NCBI GenBank assembly: GCA_963752255.1
Contig: CAVVXT010000012.1
Location: 228,326-292,325 of the forward strand
DNA: 64,000 nucleotides
Direction: 5' to 3'
Source: Nitrososphaeria archaeon
Lineage (GTDB): Archaea > Thermoproteota > Nitrososphaeria > JACIWG01
A program made the translations under genes and the position numbers. Every line of letters begins with the position of its first letter. Position 1 is the stretch's first letter. Of this stretch, positions 10,197-21,366 are shown one piece after another. The notes under the pieces were generated by a model. That model was given only the letters and a program-made list of their open reading frames with translations, was not told where the DNA came from and did not search any database.

Positions 10197-10287
10197 ATCT
10201 ATCTTGCAAACTTTCCTGTAAACACGATATAAAGATTTTCAAAAAAATGAAGTAGAACTGTCCCTACAAAGCTTGATAAAGTTTACT

Positions 10288-12181
10288 TTATTGTTTACTC
10301 TCCACAACTTTTCTTATTTCTTCCTTAAGAATAGCCGAAACAACTCTACCGTCAACCTTTCCTCTGACTCTATGCATAACTTCACCCATTAGAGCACCAA
10401 AGCTTCGATCTTTTTGCTCCTCTATAAAATTCAAATTGGAGTTTACAGTCTCGGCGATGATGCTTCTCAATTCATTATCAGATATCGCTCTCAAACCAAT
10501 TTTTTCAGCCGACGCCTTTGCATCGACTTTATTCTTGCACATGTAACGCATAATATCAAGGGAACTTTCTTTCGAAACTGCTCCCGAATCTATGAGATCG
10601 AACAGCTCGGCACACCGTTGCTCATCTAGAAATGAAGTGTCAAAACCTTCTCTGCTCAGGCTAACAATAGACTCTGTTAGCGTGACAGCAACGTAAGTTG
10701 TGGATAACTTCGTTCTAGCACAAGTTTTTTCAAAAAGAGAAAGATAATTCGAATCAAGAAGTTGGACCGCAAGTTTTTCGTTAATGCCATATCTGTTTAT
10801 GTAATCTTTTATAATTTCATTCCAAGGTTTAGGGACTCCCCTACTACACTCTTTGAGAAGCTGTTCTGTCACTTGGATAAGCGGAATATCGGTTTCAGGA
10901 TACATTCTTGCAGCACCAGGCCTCGGCCTTGAATACTTGGTTCTTCCTTCAGGCAATGGACCTCTGGTTTCAGGTGGAGGGCCCTCAAAGAATATTAGAG
11001 CTCTCTGACGCACAGCCAACAGAGCGGCTTCATCTTTTTTGGAAGCAAAGATAAGAAAGAAACCGTCCTGGACGTCGGTACCGAGCATCTTCTTTACTTG
11101 CTCAATTTCTTCCAAAGTTATGCCGTAAGAAGGTAATTCATCAGAATGCAGGATGCCACCTAAGCCATTAGCTCTAGCCATTTCTGCAAGCTCTAACCCC
11201 AATCTAACGTTAGGAGATGGCTCAGCACCAAGAAGCCCCTTAAATCCAACGAGCTTAATTCCGTAAACATTTTTACCACTGTCAAGCGACTTCTTCACGA
11301 TTTGGGAATAGGTGTTTTGGAATGCTTTTGATACATCAACATAGAGCCCAATAGACGAACTAGATGTTAACCCTCTTTCTTTAAGAGATTGTGCTATCTG
11401 GTAGAGGTAGTCCTGCCTAAACGCCTCATACTCTACAATCTTGGGTATGAGATCAAGTTTCTGCACCCCCTTAACTTCCGAAGGAAGAAGATTATGAACT
11501 GAAACGTTAAGATCTTGCCTTATAGATCCAATTCCCCTAGCCACCAATTTCGTGAGACGTAAGAGCCTTCCTAGTTCGAGTGCAACTCTCTCAACCACCT
11601 TAGGTTCTACAGACATCGGCGTCAGTGCGATCTCAACAAGAGGTATTCCAAGGCGATCTAAAGAGTAAATTTCTAGAATCATCGCTGTCTTCGATTATTC
11701 TCGCAGCATCTTCTTCTAGAGACACTGTCTGAACGGGAACTATAAGTTCATCGACCTTTAATGACCCACCTAGAGCTACAAGAACCGTTCGCTGGAAGCC
11801 GGTCGTGTTTGAGCCATCAATAACGATCTTTCTCATAACATGCATTTCCTGTACAATATTGGAGTCTAAAGCTAAAGCTATTGTAATTGCTGCCTTTGCA
11901 GCGTCAAAGTTTATCGGATGGGGAGGCTCTTCATCACATTCGACCAGACACGCTCCATCCTTGTTGTAGAGATATACATTCGTCTTGCCCTTCCTGAATT
12001 CGTAGAGGACCGCAGGATCCATCTGGCCTAGCTCGCTCTGGGTGGGTCTAAGTCTTCTCGTTATCTTTGAGTGGACTATATCAGTTTCCAAAGGGGGACA
12101 ATCACAGAACAGTTTTTTCCCTACATCAAGCTGTTGATGGATTTCCAGTCCCGCTTTGAAACCAACTTGCTTATAGTCCAA
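10288..12181 (-). CDS. gatE: Glutamyl-tRNA(Gln) amidotransferase subunit E (one frameshift near 11670, probably a sequencing error)
   Basis: GLEIHQQL, KLFC, MRKIVIDGSNTTGFQRT, LEEDAAR | YSLDRLGIPLVEI, RPRPGAARMYPETD across two ORFs. Confidence 0.95.
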
Positions 12182-12183
12182 TC

Positions 12184-13506
12184 TTATTCACTTCCCTCGA
12201 CGATTAACCTTGAACAATATTCACCTGCAATATTTTCTTTCATAACTTTTACCACGTCTTCGGCTTTAAAATTGCCGAGGCACCATGACAACTTGATAAA
12301 GGCGGTCTCGGGCAACATATCCTCAAGAGGAATGACTCCTGCTTCAAGCAGATCACGTCCTGTATCGTAGACGGTTAACCTAACACGACCGTATATGCAC
12401 TGCGAAACCATGCACGCAATTAAACCATCCCTTATCAGCTTCTTCAAAGTCTTTACGGCGGGGCTGTTGACGTGGCCTAGACCTGATCCTTCAATGACGA
12501 CGCCCTTAAACCCGTTATCGTAAAGACTTTCCAATATTATAGGATCAAAGTTTGGATAGAACTTGACAAGCGAAACTTTTCCATCAAATTTTGTGAGGGT
12601 CTCGAATTCTGAGGGGGGCTTCCTCTTGGGTAGGTCATTTCTTGAAATGTTCAACCTGCTATTTTCATAGACTGCAACAGGATCTGTGTTAACGGATTTG
12701 AATGCATCTCTCCTGCTTGTATGCAACTTTCTGACCTTTGTCCCCAGATGTATCGCTATCTTGTCATCAGAAATCCACTTGTGCATTGAAACGTACACGC
12801 CCGCAAATGGGGCTTTCAAAGACGCATTCATGGCGGCGATAAGGTTTGTTGCAGCATCAGAGGAAGGCCTGTCGGATGACCTCTGTGATCCAACTATCAT
12901 TATCGGTATGGGAGTTTTGGAGAGGGCAAAACTTAGGGCCGCTGCAGTATATGCCAGAGTATCTGTTCCATGTGTGACGACAATCCCTTCGTACCCCTTC
13001 TTGATATAGTCGTGGACATATTCAGAAAGCTTACTCCAATGTAGTGGAGTCATGTTTTCGCTATATATGCTGGACAATACTTTAGCGTCTATTTGAGCTA
13101 CCCCAGCCAGTTCAGGAACTACTGAGAGAAGATCGGAAGCGGAGAGAGCAGGTCTAACACCTCCCGTCCTATAGTCGACTCTGCTCGCTATTGTGCCACC
13201 AGTGCTTATTATTACGGCATATGGTAAATTTTTTGATGAAACAATTTCTTGTTGTGGCACAAAACCAGGAGGGGAGTGTTTCTCAATCAAAAGAATCGAT
13301 TTTATTGCATCAGATTTTAAGCCTATGTTATACCCGTTAGGAAGCTTTAAGGTTAGAAAACCCTTTGACGCATATTCATATCTGGGAATTATAGTGCCCT
13401 TATATTCACCTTCAGAAGTGATAACCCTCACAAAGTCCCCTGCACCAATTTTGTTTTCTTCCAACAATTTTTTCAGAGCACCGCTATATCCCGAAAGGTC
13501 CTTCAA
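12184..13506 (-). CDS. gatD: Glutamyl-tRNA(Gln) amidotransferase subunit D
   Basis: STGGTIASRVDYRTG, THGTDT, GSQRSSDRPSSD, HTSRRDAF; adjacent to gatE. Confidence 0.97.
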   Translation of the reverse strand: MKDLSGYSGALKKLLEENKIGAGDFVRVITSEGEYKGTIIPRYEYASKGFLTLKLPNGYNIGLKSDAIKSILLIEKHSPPGFVPQQEIVSSKNLPYAVIISTGGTIASRVDYRTGGVRPALSASDLLSVVPELAGVAQIDAKVLSSIYSENMTPLHWSKLSEYVHDYIKKGYEGIVVTHGTDTLAYTAAALSFALSKTPIPIMIVGSQRSSDRPSSDAATNLIAAMNASLKAPFAGVYVSMHKWISDDKIAIHLGTKVRKLHTSRRDAFKSVNTDPVAVYENSRLNISRNDLPKRKPPSEFETLTKFDGKVSLVKFYPNFDPIILESLYDNGFKGVVIEGSGLGHVNSPAVKTLKKLIRDGLIACMVSQCIYGRVRLTVYDTGRDLLEAGVIPLEDMLPETAFIKLSWCLGNFKAEDVVKVMKENIAGEYCSRLIVEGSE

Positions 13507-13682
13507 TATTCTCGTAACTGCTTACAATCTGAGTTGATTTAACCTTTTTGCGAATTATAACCCCTTTTATAGAAAAGGTTCTCCAAGAAATTTTCTTCAA
13601 ACCCAGTTAAATATAGTTTACATTGGAGTTCCAATTGAAGTGTTTGCAACATTTAAATTACAATAGGGAGTAAGCTTCTAAT

Positions 13683-14426
13683 GTGATTTGGTTGGTAGAA
13701 GACTATGGAACTAAGACCTGGTCAGAAGTAGCGACAGTGTTGAACGATGGATTGAATACTGTAATAATCCCAATTGGCACAGTTGAGGCACATGGCAAAC
13801 ATCTTCCGATAACGACAGATGCCATATTGCCACAAGAAATCTGTAAGAGGTTAAGTGACAAAGTGAAGGCACTTGTGGCACCTCCAATATACTATGGTGT
13901 GACAACTTCTCTGAGTAATTATCCGGGCTCGATACCCGTCAGCAGGCAGGCTTTTACATCTTATCTAACAGACATCTTTGTAGGTTTTGCTAAATCAGGT
14001 TTCTTGAACATAATAGTGGTCAATGGACATGCAGGGAATGTTGAGAGCATTAAGGAGGCCGCTGAAAAGGCATATGATAGGGCTAGAATCCGAACTTTGG
14101 ATATTGACTGGTATATCGCTTGTGACGATGTTGTGAAGAAACATTACGGTACCCTTTCAGGACATGGCACAATAGAAGAAACAGCTGCAATCCTAGCAGT
14201 GGACAAAAAACTTGTCAAAAACGCCTTATACGACAAGAAACAAGCAATCAGACGGGTAGAAGGAACATGGATGTATCCGATGGTTGGTTCCATGATAAAA
14301 AGGGATGAGCTTGACACGCCGAATTTTGATCTAGATAAAGGGAAAAAATTCTTTGCCGAGGTCTGTCAGACAATAGAAGACATCATTACCGACTATATGG
14401 AGAGGGCTTTAGAAAATCCACTTTAA
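13683..14426 (+). CDS. Creatininase-family amidohydrolase
   Basis: PIGTVEAHGKHLPITTD, VNGHAGN, GHGTIEET. Confidence 0.9.
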   Translation: MIWLVEDYGTKTWSEVATVLNDGLNTVIIPIGTVEAHGKHLPITTDAILPQEICKRLSDKVKALVAPPIYYGVTTSLSNYPGSIPVSRQAFTSYLTDIFVGFAKSGFLNIIVVNGHAGNVESIKEAAEKAYDRARIRTLDIDWYIACDDVVKKHYGTLSGHGTIEETAAILAVDKKLVKNALYDKKQAIRRVEGTWMYPMVGSMIKRDELDTPNFDLDKGKKFFAEVCQTIEDIITDYMERALENPL

Positions 14427-14434
14427 AAGATGAA

Positions 14435-16036
14435 CTAACTCAGTTTCTTGCCCATGTATGGTCCAGTAGGAGAGTAACCCAATTTTTCATAATATCTTCT
14501 TGTTCCAACAGCACTTGTTACGAGAATCTTTTCACTATCAAATTCATTTTTTGAAATGAACTCGGCTTCTTCGAGCAGTTTTCTTCCAAATCCCTTATGC
14601 TGCCATCCATCATTTGATTTGGAACCTATTGGGACAACTGAACCGTAAACGTGGAGTTCCCTGATTAAAGCCGCACCTTTAACCTCCACCCTATGAGCTG
14701 ATATTGAAGGTTTCCTAAGCCTCAAAAAACCCACGAGAATTGAACGATCGTATGTTTCAAAAGATATAAAAACCTCTTTTCCATTCGATGCATTGTAGTA
14801 AATTTTGTGAATTTTAAGCTCTTCTTTCGTAAGCTTATCCTTGTGGGCTAGCAGACCAACTTCCCTACATCTTATACACCTACACGTCCTTCCACTTTTC
14901 TTAAGACGCTCTTGTGAGAGCTCCCTAAGATTTCCTTTCTTAACACCGGCTACTATAAGGTTAGCGGGGATATCTCTCTGAACCCGCATTATTCTTACCC
15001 AATAGGGGACAAACGACATTACTTCAGAAACAATATCAACTACCTTATCTTCCGGATAAGGAGTGTATTCACCCTTTAAATAGTGCTGGTAAAGTTGAGA
15101 GTTTTCAACGACAAGCGTAGGATATATCTTTACCATGTCTGGTCTAAAGTCTGGATCTTCAAACAGCTTTCTAAAGGACAATATATCTTCTTCAGGTGTA
15201 GAACCTGGAAGACCAGGCATCATGTGAGCAACGATCTTTAGACCAGAATCTTTCGCTATTCTAAATGCTTCTATAACATCTTGAACACTGTGGCCTCTTC
15301 CGACAATCTGATATATTCTGTCTGACGGATGTTGAACCCCTATTTCTACTCTTGTTACCCCATATTTTAACATGTTATCCACGTGCGTCTGTTTGCAGAA
15401 GTCAGGTCTCGTCTCCAGAGTTAGACCTACGTTTCTGATACACGCATTTTGATTAAAGCGCAAGGATTCTTCCAAAGATTTTGAGACGAAACCATTTAAA
15501 CCATCAAAGCATCCTTTTACAAAATATCTCTGATATTCTTCAGGCTGATTTAGAAAAGTCCCACCCATGACGATGAGTTCAGCCTTCTGAACTTCATGCC
15601 CGATCGCTTTTAGCTGCCTTATTCTGCTTGTTACCTGCGAATAGGGATCGTAATTGTGTTCTCTTCCTCTTGCGGCTGTAGGCTCATAGCCGGTGTAACT
15701 TTGAGGGGAACCATACTGTACTCCTCCAGGGCAGTAGAGGCATGGTATCTTCTGAGGACAAGGATACGGTCTTGACATTACCGCAATGACAACAACTCCT
15801 GAAGCGGAACGTATGGGTTTTAACCTCAGTATTGAGCGTAGTAACTCTTGCTTTTTAGATGGAACTATCGATAGGATGTCGGAATTTTTTGGAACAGTCT
15901 CCAATCCAAATTCCTTTGAAACTTTTACTTTCAGGGAATATAAGACACGTTGATTTCTAGGAGGATTCTCTGCCATCAAAACTGAAATCTTCTTGCACGC
16001 CTTTGCATAAGCCTCCTTACTTTTTTCTATTAACAT
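14435..16036 (-). CDS. elp3: Elp3 radical SAM/GNAT tRNA U34 modification enzyme
   Basis: CPQKIPCLYCPGG, MGGTF, ETRPD, KIYPTLV, CRCIRCREVG, IRELHVYG, WQHKGFG. Confidence 0.96.
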   Translation of the reverse strand: MLIEKSKEAYAKACKKISVLMAENPPRNQRVLYSLKVKVSKEFGLETVPKNSDILSIVPSKKQELLRSILRLKPIRSASGVVVIAVMSRPYPCPQKIPCLYCPGGVQYGSPQSYTGYEPTAARGREHNYDPYSQVTSRIRQLKAIGHEVQKAELIVMGGTFLNQPEEYQRYFVKGCFDGLNGFVSKSLEESLRFNQNACIRNVGLTLETRPDFCKQTHVDNMLKYGVTRVEIGVQHPSDRIYQIVGRGHSVQDVIEAFRIAKDSGLKIVAHMMPGLPGSTPEEDILSFRKLFEDPDFRPDMVKIYPTLVVENSQLYQHYLKGEYTPYPEDKVVDIVSEVMSFVPYWVRIMRVQRDIPANLIVAGVKKGNLRELSQERLKKSGRTCRCIRCREVGLLAHKDKLTKEELKIHKIYYNASNGKEVFISFETYDRSILVGFLRLRKPSISAHRVEVKGAALIRELHVYGSVVPIGSKSNDGWQHKGFGRKLLEEAEFISKNEFDSEKILVTSAVGTRRYYEKLGYSPTGPYMGKKLS

Positions 16037-16081
16037 CGTAACCTAGAGGATAAAACATAAAATTATGCGTAATTTAAGTTT

Positions 16082-16249
16082 TTATCTAAGAACCCAGTTC
16101 TGCCCACTCTTCCTCTTGAGGATAAACCTTTTAACATAATTTCCCCTATTCCTTACTTTCGGAATCGGTGAAGGCTTATGCTCCTTCTTCTGAGGAGGCG
16201 TCTTGGATCTTACTTTTCCAGCTTTGGTTAAGCTTCCATGTGTTGGCAT
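16082..16249 (-). CDS. rps30e: Ribosomal protein S30e
   Basis: MPTHGSLTKAGKVRSKTP; true start ATG 16249. Confidence 0.93.
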   Translation of the reverse strand: MPTHGSLTKAGKVRSKTPPQKKEHKPSPIPKVRNRGNYVKRFILKRKSGQNWVLR

Positions 16250-16323
16250 AGCTAACGTCAGAACAATCTGCCATTGGCGTAAATAAGTGTTACCTTTTAT
16301 CTGCTGCAATAGACCTGCTTATT

Positions 16324-17160
16324 CTAAATAGAAAACTTTTTTCCTGAAGCACTTCTGGTATATTTCCCAAAATCGGATGATTTCAAAAGATCGTCTCCAC
16401 TGAAAACCGGACCGTCCCTGCAGACGAGGAAACCTGAGCCATCTAGTGCGCACTGACCACATATGCCAATAGCGCACTTCATATAACGTTCAAGGGAGAG
16501 TTGCATTCTGATACTGTTTTTAAGAGCGATATCGAACAGGTCGTAAAGCATTTTTTCAGGACCGCACCCATAAATCTGGTCAAAGAACGCTTCGTTAACC
16601 AACTGACGTATCATCATGCTCGCAAAACACTTCTGACCTATTGTACCATCATCTGAAGTAGGAAAATACGAGAGTAAGCCCTTCTTACCTAATTCCACAA
16701 ATTCTTTGTGAAAAGAGTTCTCGGAACCCGTTCTTGTTCCTACTACAACTGTCGGAAACATCTTCTTCTGGAGCATCTTGTCGACAAGTAAGCGGATTCC
16801 AGAAACACCAATTCCTCCGGCTGCCAGAAGTGGCTTTTTTCCAAGAATCTTGAATCCTTCACCATAGGGTCCTCTGATACCCAAACTCTGACTCTTAGAG
16901 ATAGAGCAGAGACGTTTGGTCGTATCGCCGACGGCTTTTACCGTTATACCGCATATTCCATCATCAACATGGGAAATCGACATGGGGACTTCATCACAAC
17001 CGACAAACCAGATCATCAAATATTGTCCTGGAATTGCCTCAGATACAAATTCGTCTTCAAAGAAAAGTGTTGAACAGTTTTCGCCGTAACTGGTCACTTT
17101 TATAACATTTCTTATTCTCAGTGAATTAGCTTGGGGATTGAATATTTTTTTAGAGGTCAT
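16324..17160 (-). CDS. pyrK: Dihydroorotate dehydrogenase electron transfer subunit
   Basis: PGQYLM, IRGPYG, AGGIG, CGPEKML, LERYMKCAIGICGQC...CRDGPVF. Confidence 0.93.
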   Translation of the reverse strand: MTSKKIFNPQANSLRIRNVIKVTSYGENCSTLFFEDEFVSEAIPGQYLMIWFVGCDEVPMSISHVDDGICGITVKAVGDTTKRLCSISKSQSLGIRGPYGEGFKILGKKPLLAAGGIGVSGIRLLVDKMLQKKMFPTVVVGTRTGSENSFHKEFVELGKKGLLSYFPTSDDGTIGQKCFASMMIRQLVNEAFFDQIYGCGPEKMLYDLFDIALKNSIRMQLSLERYMKCAIGICGQCALDGSGFLVCRDGPVFSGDDLLKSSDFGKYTRSASGKKFSI

Positions 17161-18068
17161 TTGTGTCCCCTACCAACAATCTCATCCAAACATGAGAAAT
17201 TTTTTTCAATCATGTACTTTCTAAGACCCACTAATATCTCTTCGAACACTTCTAAACCCTTCCAAACTATAGCTGAGCCTATCTGCACAGCCGAAGCACC
17301 AGCTAGTAAATACTCAACCGCGTCCTTCCAAGACAGAATGCCCCCTACTCCAACTATTGGAACATCTACGCTCTCAAAAAGATCGTAAACCATTTTTATA
17401 GAAACTGGTTTTATTGCTGGACCAGAAAGTCCGCCGGATTTATTCGCTAAAATAGGTGTCATAGCATCAATATCAATTGCCATAGCCTTCAAAGTATTGA
17501 TAGCGACAATAGCGTCAGCTCCAGCCTTTACCGCTGAAAACGCTATAGAAGTAACGTCGGAAACGTTTGGTGTTATTTTGGCGAAAACAGGTACGTTTAC
17601 AGAGTTCTTAACTTTGTTTACAACTTTATAGACCATTTCAGGATCCTGTCCAATAAGAGAACCGACTTCCTTTACATGAGGACATGAGAGGTTGATTTCG
17701 AATGCCGAAGGCTTAAGGGCTAGCAACTTTTTCGCTACGTTAGAGTATTCATCAGGGGATGAGCCAAATATACTGTAGATGACTGGAAAATTAAAGTTTT
17801 GGCCTTCAAATTCTTTAACGAATTCGTCGATACCTGGATTTGGTAAACCCATAGCGTTTATTAGGCCATAGGAATCAATAACGTAAACCGATGGATTAGC
17901 ATATCCATCTCTTGCTTTAATACCTACAGACTTTGTGACAGCCGCTCCCGCACCCGCCTTGGCGACTCTTCTAATTGTGGAGGAAGTCATACCGAGTATA
18001 CCTGAAGCAAGAATTAGAGGATTGTCTATTACTAATCCTGCCACCTTTGTTTGAAAGTTAGGATGCAT
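17157..18068 (-). CDS. pyrD: Dihydroorotate dehydrogenase family 1B
   Basis: NPLILASG, INAMGLPNPG, EINLSCPH, AINTL, GGLSGPAIKP; ATG 18068 preferred. Confidence 0.95.
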   Translation of the reverse strand: MHPNFQTKVAGLVIDNPLILASGILGMTSSTIRRVAKAGAGAAVTKSVGIKARDGYANPSVYVIDSYGLINAMGLPNPGIDEFVKEFEGQNFNFPVIYSIFGSSPDEYSNVAKKLLALKPSAFEINLSCPHVKEVGSLIGQDPEMVYKVVNKVKNSVNVPVFAKITPNVSDVTSIAFSAVKAGADAIVAINTLKAMAIDIDAMTPILANKSGGLSGPAIKPVSIKMVYDLFESVDVPIVGVGGILSWKDAVEYLLAGASAVQIGSAIVWKGLEVFEEILVGLRKYMIEKNFSCLDEIVGRGHK

Positions 18069-18177
18069 ATCTGCAATGTTAACCCGAGAACATGTAAGCA
18101 AAAAAGGTTTTGTTTTCTTTTTACGTCTATAATTTATAAGTAGGCCCATTAAGTGCTAGCGTTAAAGAGTTGAGAGC

Positions 18178-19363
18178 TTGATAATAGTCTTCGCGCACGA
18201 AGCTGGTGTAAGCGTACTAGACGAGAATCTTAAGGTAATAGGTACAGTAGGTTACTCCAAGAACCCTGCTGTAGAATATAAAAGGTTTCTAGAGGGAGAG
18301 GAATACGATTTAATTAAAGCAACTCTCGAAAAGGTCAAAGCTTTACCAGGCGAGCTAGTTCTAGTGCAGACACAGCAGCTTAGAAGGGTGTTCTTAGAAG
18401 AGCTTCCAAAAGTCGATCTTATACAAGACGATAAAGTTTCAAAAATCGTATCCGAGAAGATGAGGATAATATTAGAATCTGGGTTTGCTGAAAATGAGCA
18501 GAAGGCGTATGAAGTATTAAGAGAGTTTAGCTTGAGACAGTCAGAAGCGAAGATTACTGAAGAATCAACTCGATTAGACCTGCAGGCGATAGAGGCTGTG
18601 TTAGCCCTAGACGAGCTCGATAAAATGATTAACATTATCGGAACAAGGGTAAAGGAATGGTACCAAATACACTTCCCAGAAATACTGCAGTTCTATGAAG
18701 AGCCAATTGAATTATGTAAGTTTGTTTCTGAGGTAGGAGACCGAAGGAACCTTGACGAAGATAAAGCTGCAACACTCAATTTTTCAGAGAACAAGAAAAG
18801 AGCCTTACTTAGTGCTGCGCAAAAGTCAAGAGGCGGAACATTTAGAGAAGAAGACATAGAAAGAATTGTTGTACTCGCGAATCTTGTCAAAGACACAAAT
18901 GAAGTTAAAAAGAGAATGTCAAACTTTATCGAAGGCGTTATGAAAAAAATAGCTCCGAATGTTACAGCGATTTGTGGAGCAACAATTGGAGCAAGACTTA
19001 TCTCAAAAGCTGGAGGCTTGGAGAAACTAGGCAATGCTACCGTCGAGCACAATCCAGATCTTAGGGGCGGAAAAGGCACTCTTTAGGGCAATAAAAACTG
19101 GTGCTAAACCACCAAAACATGGAGTGATCTTTCAGCATGTGCTGGTACATGAGTCTCCTAAATGGCAGAGGGGTAGAATCGCTAGGGCATTAGCTTCAAA
19201 GATTGCTATAGCTGCTAGAATCGACTTCTACAGAAAGGAGCTTGACCCTTCTGTGGAGGAGGATCTCATGGTCAGGATTAAAGAAATAAGGAGGTCTAAG
19301 GAAAAAGTGAAAATGGAAGAACCATCAAGGAGGGCTTCCAAATTCAGGGGGAGGAAAAGGTAA
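18178..19363 (+). CDS. nop5: Nop5 (Nop56/58) C/D-box RNP protein (frameshift near 19030)
   Basis: [26 protein letters not shown] | [16 protein letters not shown]...[10 protein letters not shown]; next to fibrillarin. Confidence 0.93.
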
Positions 19364-19366
19364 GAC

Positions 19367-20056
19367 TTGGTGAGGGTTGACACAGATGAACGTTCAGATA
19401 GAGTATTCTGGATAAAAGATGGGAACGAAAAAAGAATTGCAACAATAAATCTTACACCGGGGAAGACTGTTTATGGAGAGAAGACATTACATATAGATAA
19501 AAACGAATATCGATATTGGGATCCTTTCAGAAGCAAGCTTGCGGCAGCCCTAATCAATGGATTAAAATATTTTCCGTTCCCGGAAAATTTAAAAGTTCTG
19601 TACCTTGGTGCATCGACAGGTACAACCGTTAGCCATATATCAGATATCATAGGAGAAAAGGGAATAATCTTTGCAGTGGAATTTGCTCCTCGAGTTGCAA
19701 ACGAATTCATTGACAGATGCGCAAAATTTAGAAGAAATCTTATAACTATTGTAGAAGACGCTCGGAGACCTGAAAAATATTTTGGAATCTTCGGCAAGGT
19801 TGATGTTGTCTACTGTGACATAGCTCAACCAAATCAGACAGAGATCGCGATCCAGAATTGCAGGTTTTATCTTAAGGAAGGAGGTTATCTGTTTTTAGTC
19901 GTTAAATCAAGGAGCATAAACGCTTCAAAGGCGCCTTCAAGAATCTTTAAGGAAGAAGAAGATAAACTGAGGATAGCAGGATTTGATCTCCTCCAGACCA
20001 TAACCTTATCTCCGTTTGACAAAGATCACGCTCTCATTGTAGCTAAGATGATCTGA
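19367..20056 (+). CDS. flpA: Fibrillarin-like rRNA/tRNA 2'-O-methyltransferase
   Basis: WDPFRSKLAA, VLYLGASTGTTVSHISDI, DIAQPNQ, PFDKDH. Confidence 0.96.
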   Translation: MVRVDTDERSDRVFWIKDGNEKRIATINLTPGKTVYGEKTLHIDKNEYRYWDPFRSKLAAALINGLKYFPFPENLKVLYLGASTGTTVSHISDIIGEKGIIFAVEFAPRVANEFIDRCAKFRRNLITIVEDARRPEKYFGIFGKVDVVYCDIAQPNQTEIAIQNCRFYLKEGGYLFLVVKSRSINASKAPSRIFKEEEDKLRIAGFDLLQTITLSPFDKDHALIVAKMI

Positions 20057-20093
20057 CACTGAGAACAAGGTCTAAGTAAAAGGTTTCTGTCCT

Positions 20094-20753
20094 TCAATAT
20101 TCGTCAAGAGTTTTCGAGCGAATCTTCCTAAGCGATTTCCAAGATTGTCTTACGAAGTCGGGTATGTTTCCCTTATTCTCTATCCAATTCCTAACAAATT
20201 CAACTGTTCTTAGGTCAGAAGGATATCCGCTGCCAAAGAATCCATGTTCCTTGGCTAATTCATCAATTCTCCTATCCCTTGTTACTTTAGCAATAATGCT
20301 GGCTGCAGATACGACAACATAATTTCTATCTGCATGATGTTCCGCTATAATCCTTGGTTCCCCACTCGATAATGAAAGTATATCTGAAGCATATCTCGCA
20401 GGTTTAACATCTGGACAGTCCACATACACAGTCCTTACATCTAGGGCTTCAATGATCTTCGCCATCGTTATTACCTCAAGGTAATTCAGCTTATGCAATT
20501 TTTTGCCGAACTTAACGTACTTATCTATCTCTTTAGGAGAAACCTCTGTCACGGTAATCATTTCAGCGTTCTCTGCAATTATATCATAAAGTCTTCTCCT
20601 AGTCTTGGGAAGGAGCAGCTTAGAGTCCTTAACTTTAGATTCTTGCAGAAACATTAATTTTGATGATCTAACTGAGACACCCGCGACCACCATTGGTCCT
20701 ATGAGAGAACCTCTGCCGGCTTCGTCTACTCCTCCCACTATTTCTTCTGACAA
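20094..20753 (-). CDS. rnhB: Ribonuclease HII
   Basis: GVDEAGRG, KDSK, VSAASIIAKVTRD, GSGYPSD. Confidence 0.96.
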   Translation of the reverse strand: MSEEIVGGVDEAGRGSLIGPMVVAGVSVRSSKLMFLQESKVKDSKLLLPKTRRRLYDIIAENAEMITVTEVSPKEIDKYVKFGKKLHKLNYLEVITMAKIIEALDVRTVYVDCPDVKPARYASDILSLSSGEPRIIAEHHADRNYVVVSAASIIAKVTRDRRIDELAKEHGFFGSGYPSDLRTVEFVRNWIENKGNIPDFVRQSWKSLRKIRSKTLDEY

Positions 20754-20765
20754 TAAGATTTCACC

Positions 20766-21314
20766 TCATTTTATAAAGGGCATTATTTCCTCGACTATAG
20801 TTTTATGAAGTAACTCCCTATTCTCAAAAGTTATCTCATAGACCTTTATGTCATCTGAACCCGTTATCCTATCAATTATGGGGTCCTTCAACCTTTTGTG
20901 AACTGATCCAATAACAGGCTTGTCGGAATCTAAAAGGGCTACTATAGCCCTTCTGACATCTGGAGAAATAAGTTCCATGGGACCGACCTCATCGCATACA
21001 ATTATGTCGGAATAATCTATTGAGTATAAGATAGACGCAGCAAAGATATTCTTAAGATCGTTAAGGTTCACTCTATATTTTCCAACCTTTGGGCCAGTTT
21101 TTACTTTAACCGAGGATAGAGTACCTATGACACCATCTGAAAGACTGACGATCTGAAATCCTATTCTTTCACCTTTTTCCCTCATGTCGCGAGTAAGAAC
21201 ACCACCTATGTTGAGACCTCTGGACTTTAATTCGTAAACGATCTTTCCAATCAGAGTCGTCTTCCCAATTCCAGGTTCCCCTGTGACAAAAATCTTCTTC
21301 ACCAAGTCTAACAC
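20766..21314 (-). CDS. NTPase (THEP1/NTPase_1 family)
   Basis: VTGEPGIGKTT, VGKYRV, DEVGPMEL. Confidence 0.92.
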   Translation of the reverse strand: MLDLVKKIFVTGEPGIGKTTLIGKIVYELKSRGLNIGGVLTRDMREKGERIGFQIVSLSDGVIGTLSSVKVKTGPKVGKYRVNLNDLKNIFAASILYSIDYSDIIVCDEVGPMELISPDVRRAIVALLDSDKPVIGSVHKRLKDPIIDRITGSDDIKVYEITFENRELLHKTIVEEIMPFIK

Positions 21315-21366
21315 TAGGGTAATAGGACAATATGTTTATGTAGTTTTATAATTCACTTTCTTTGCA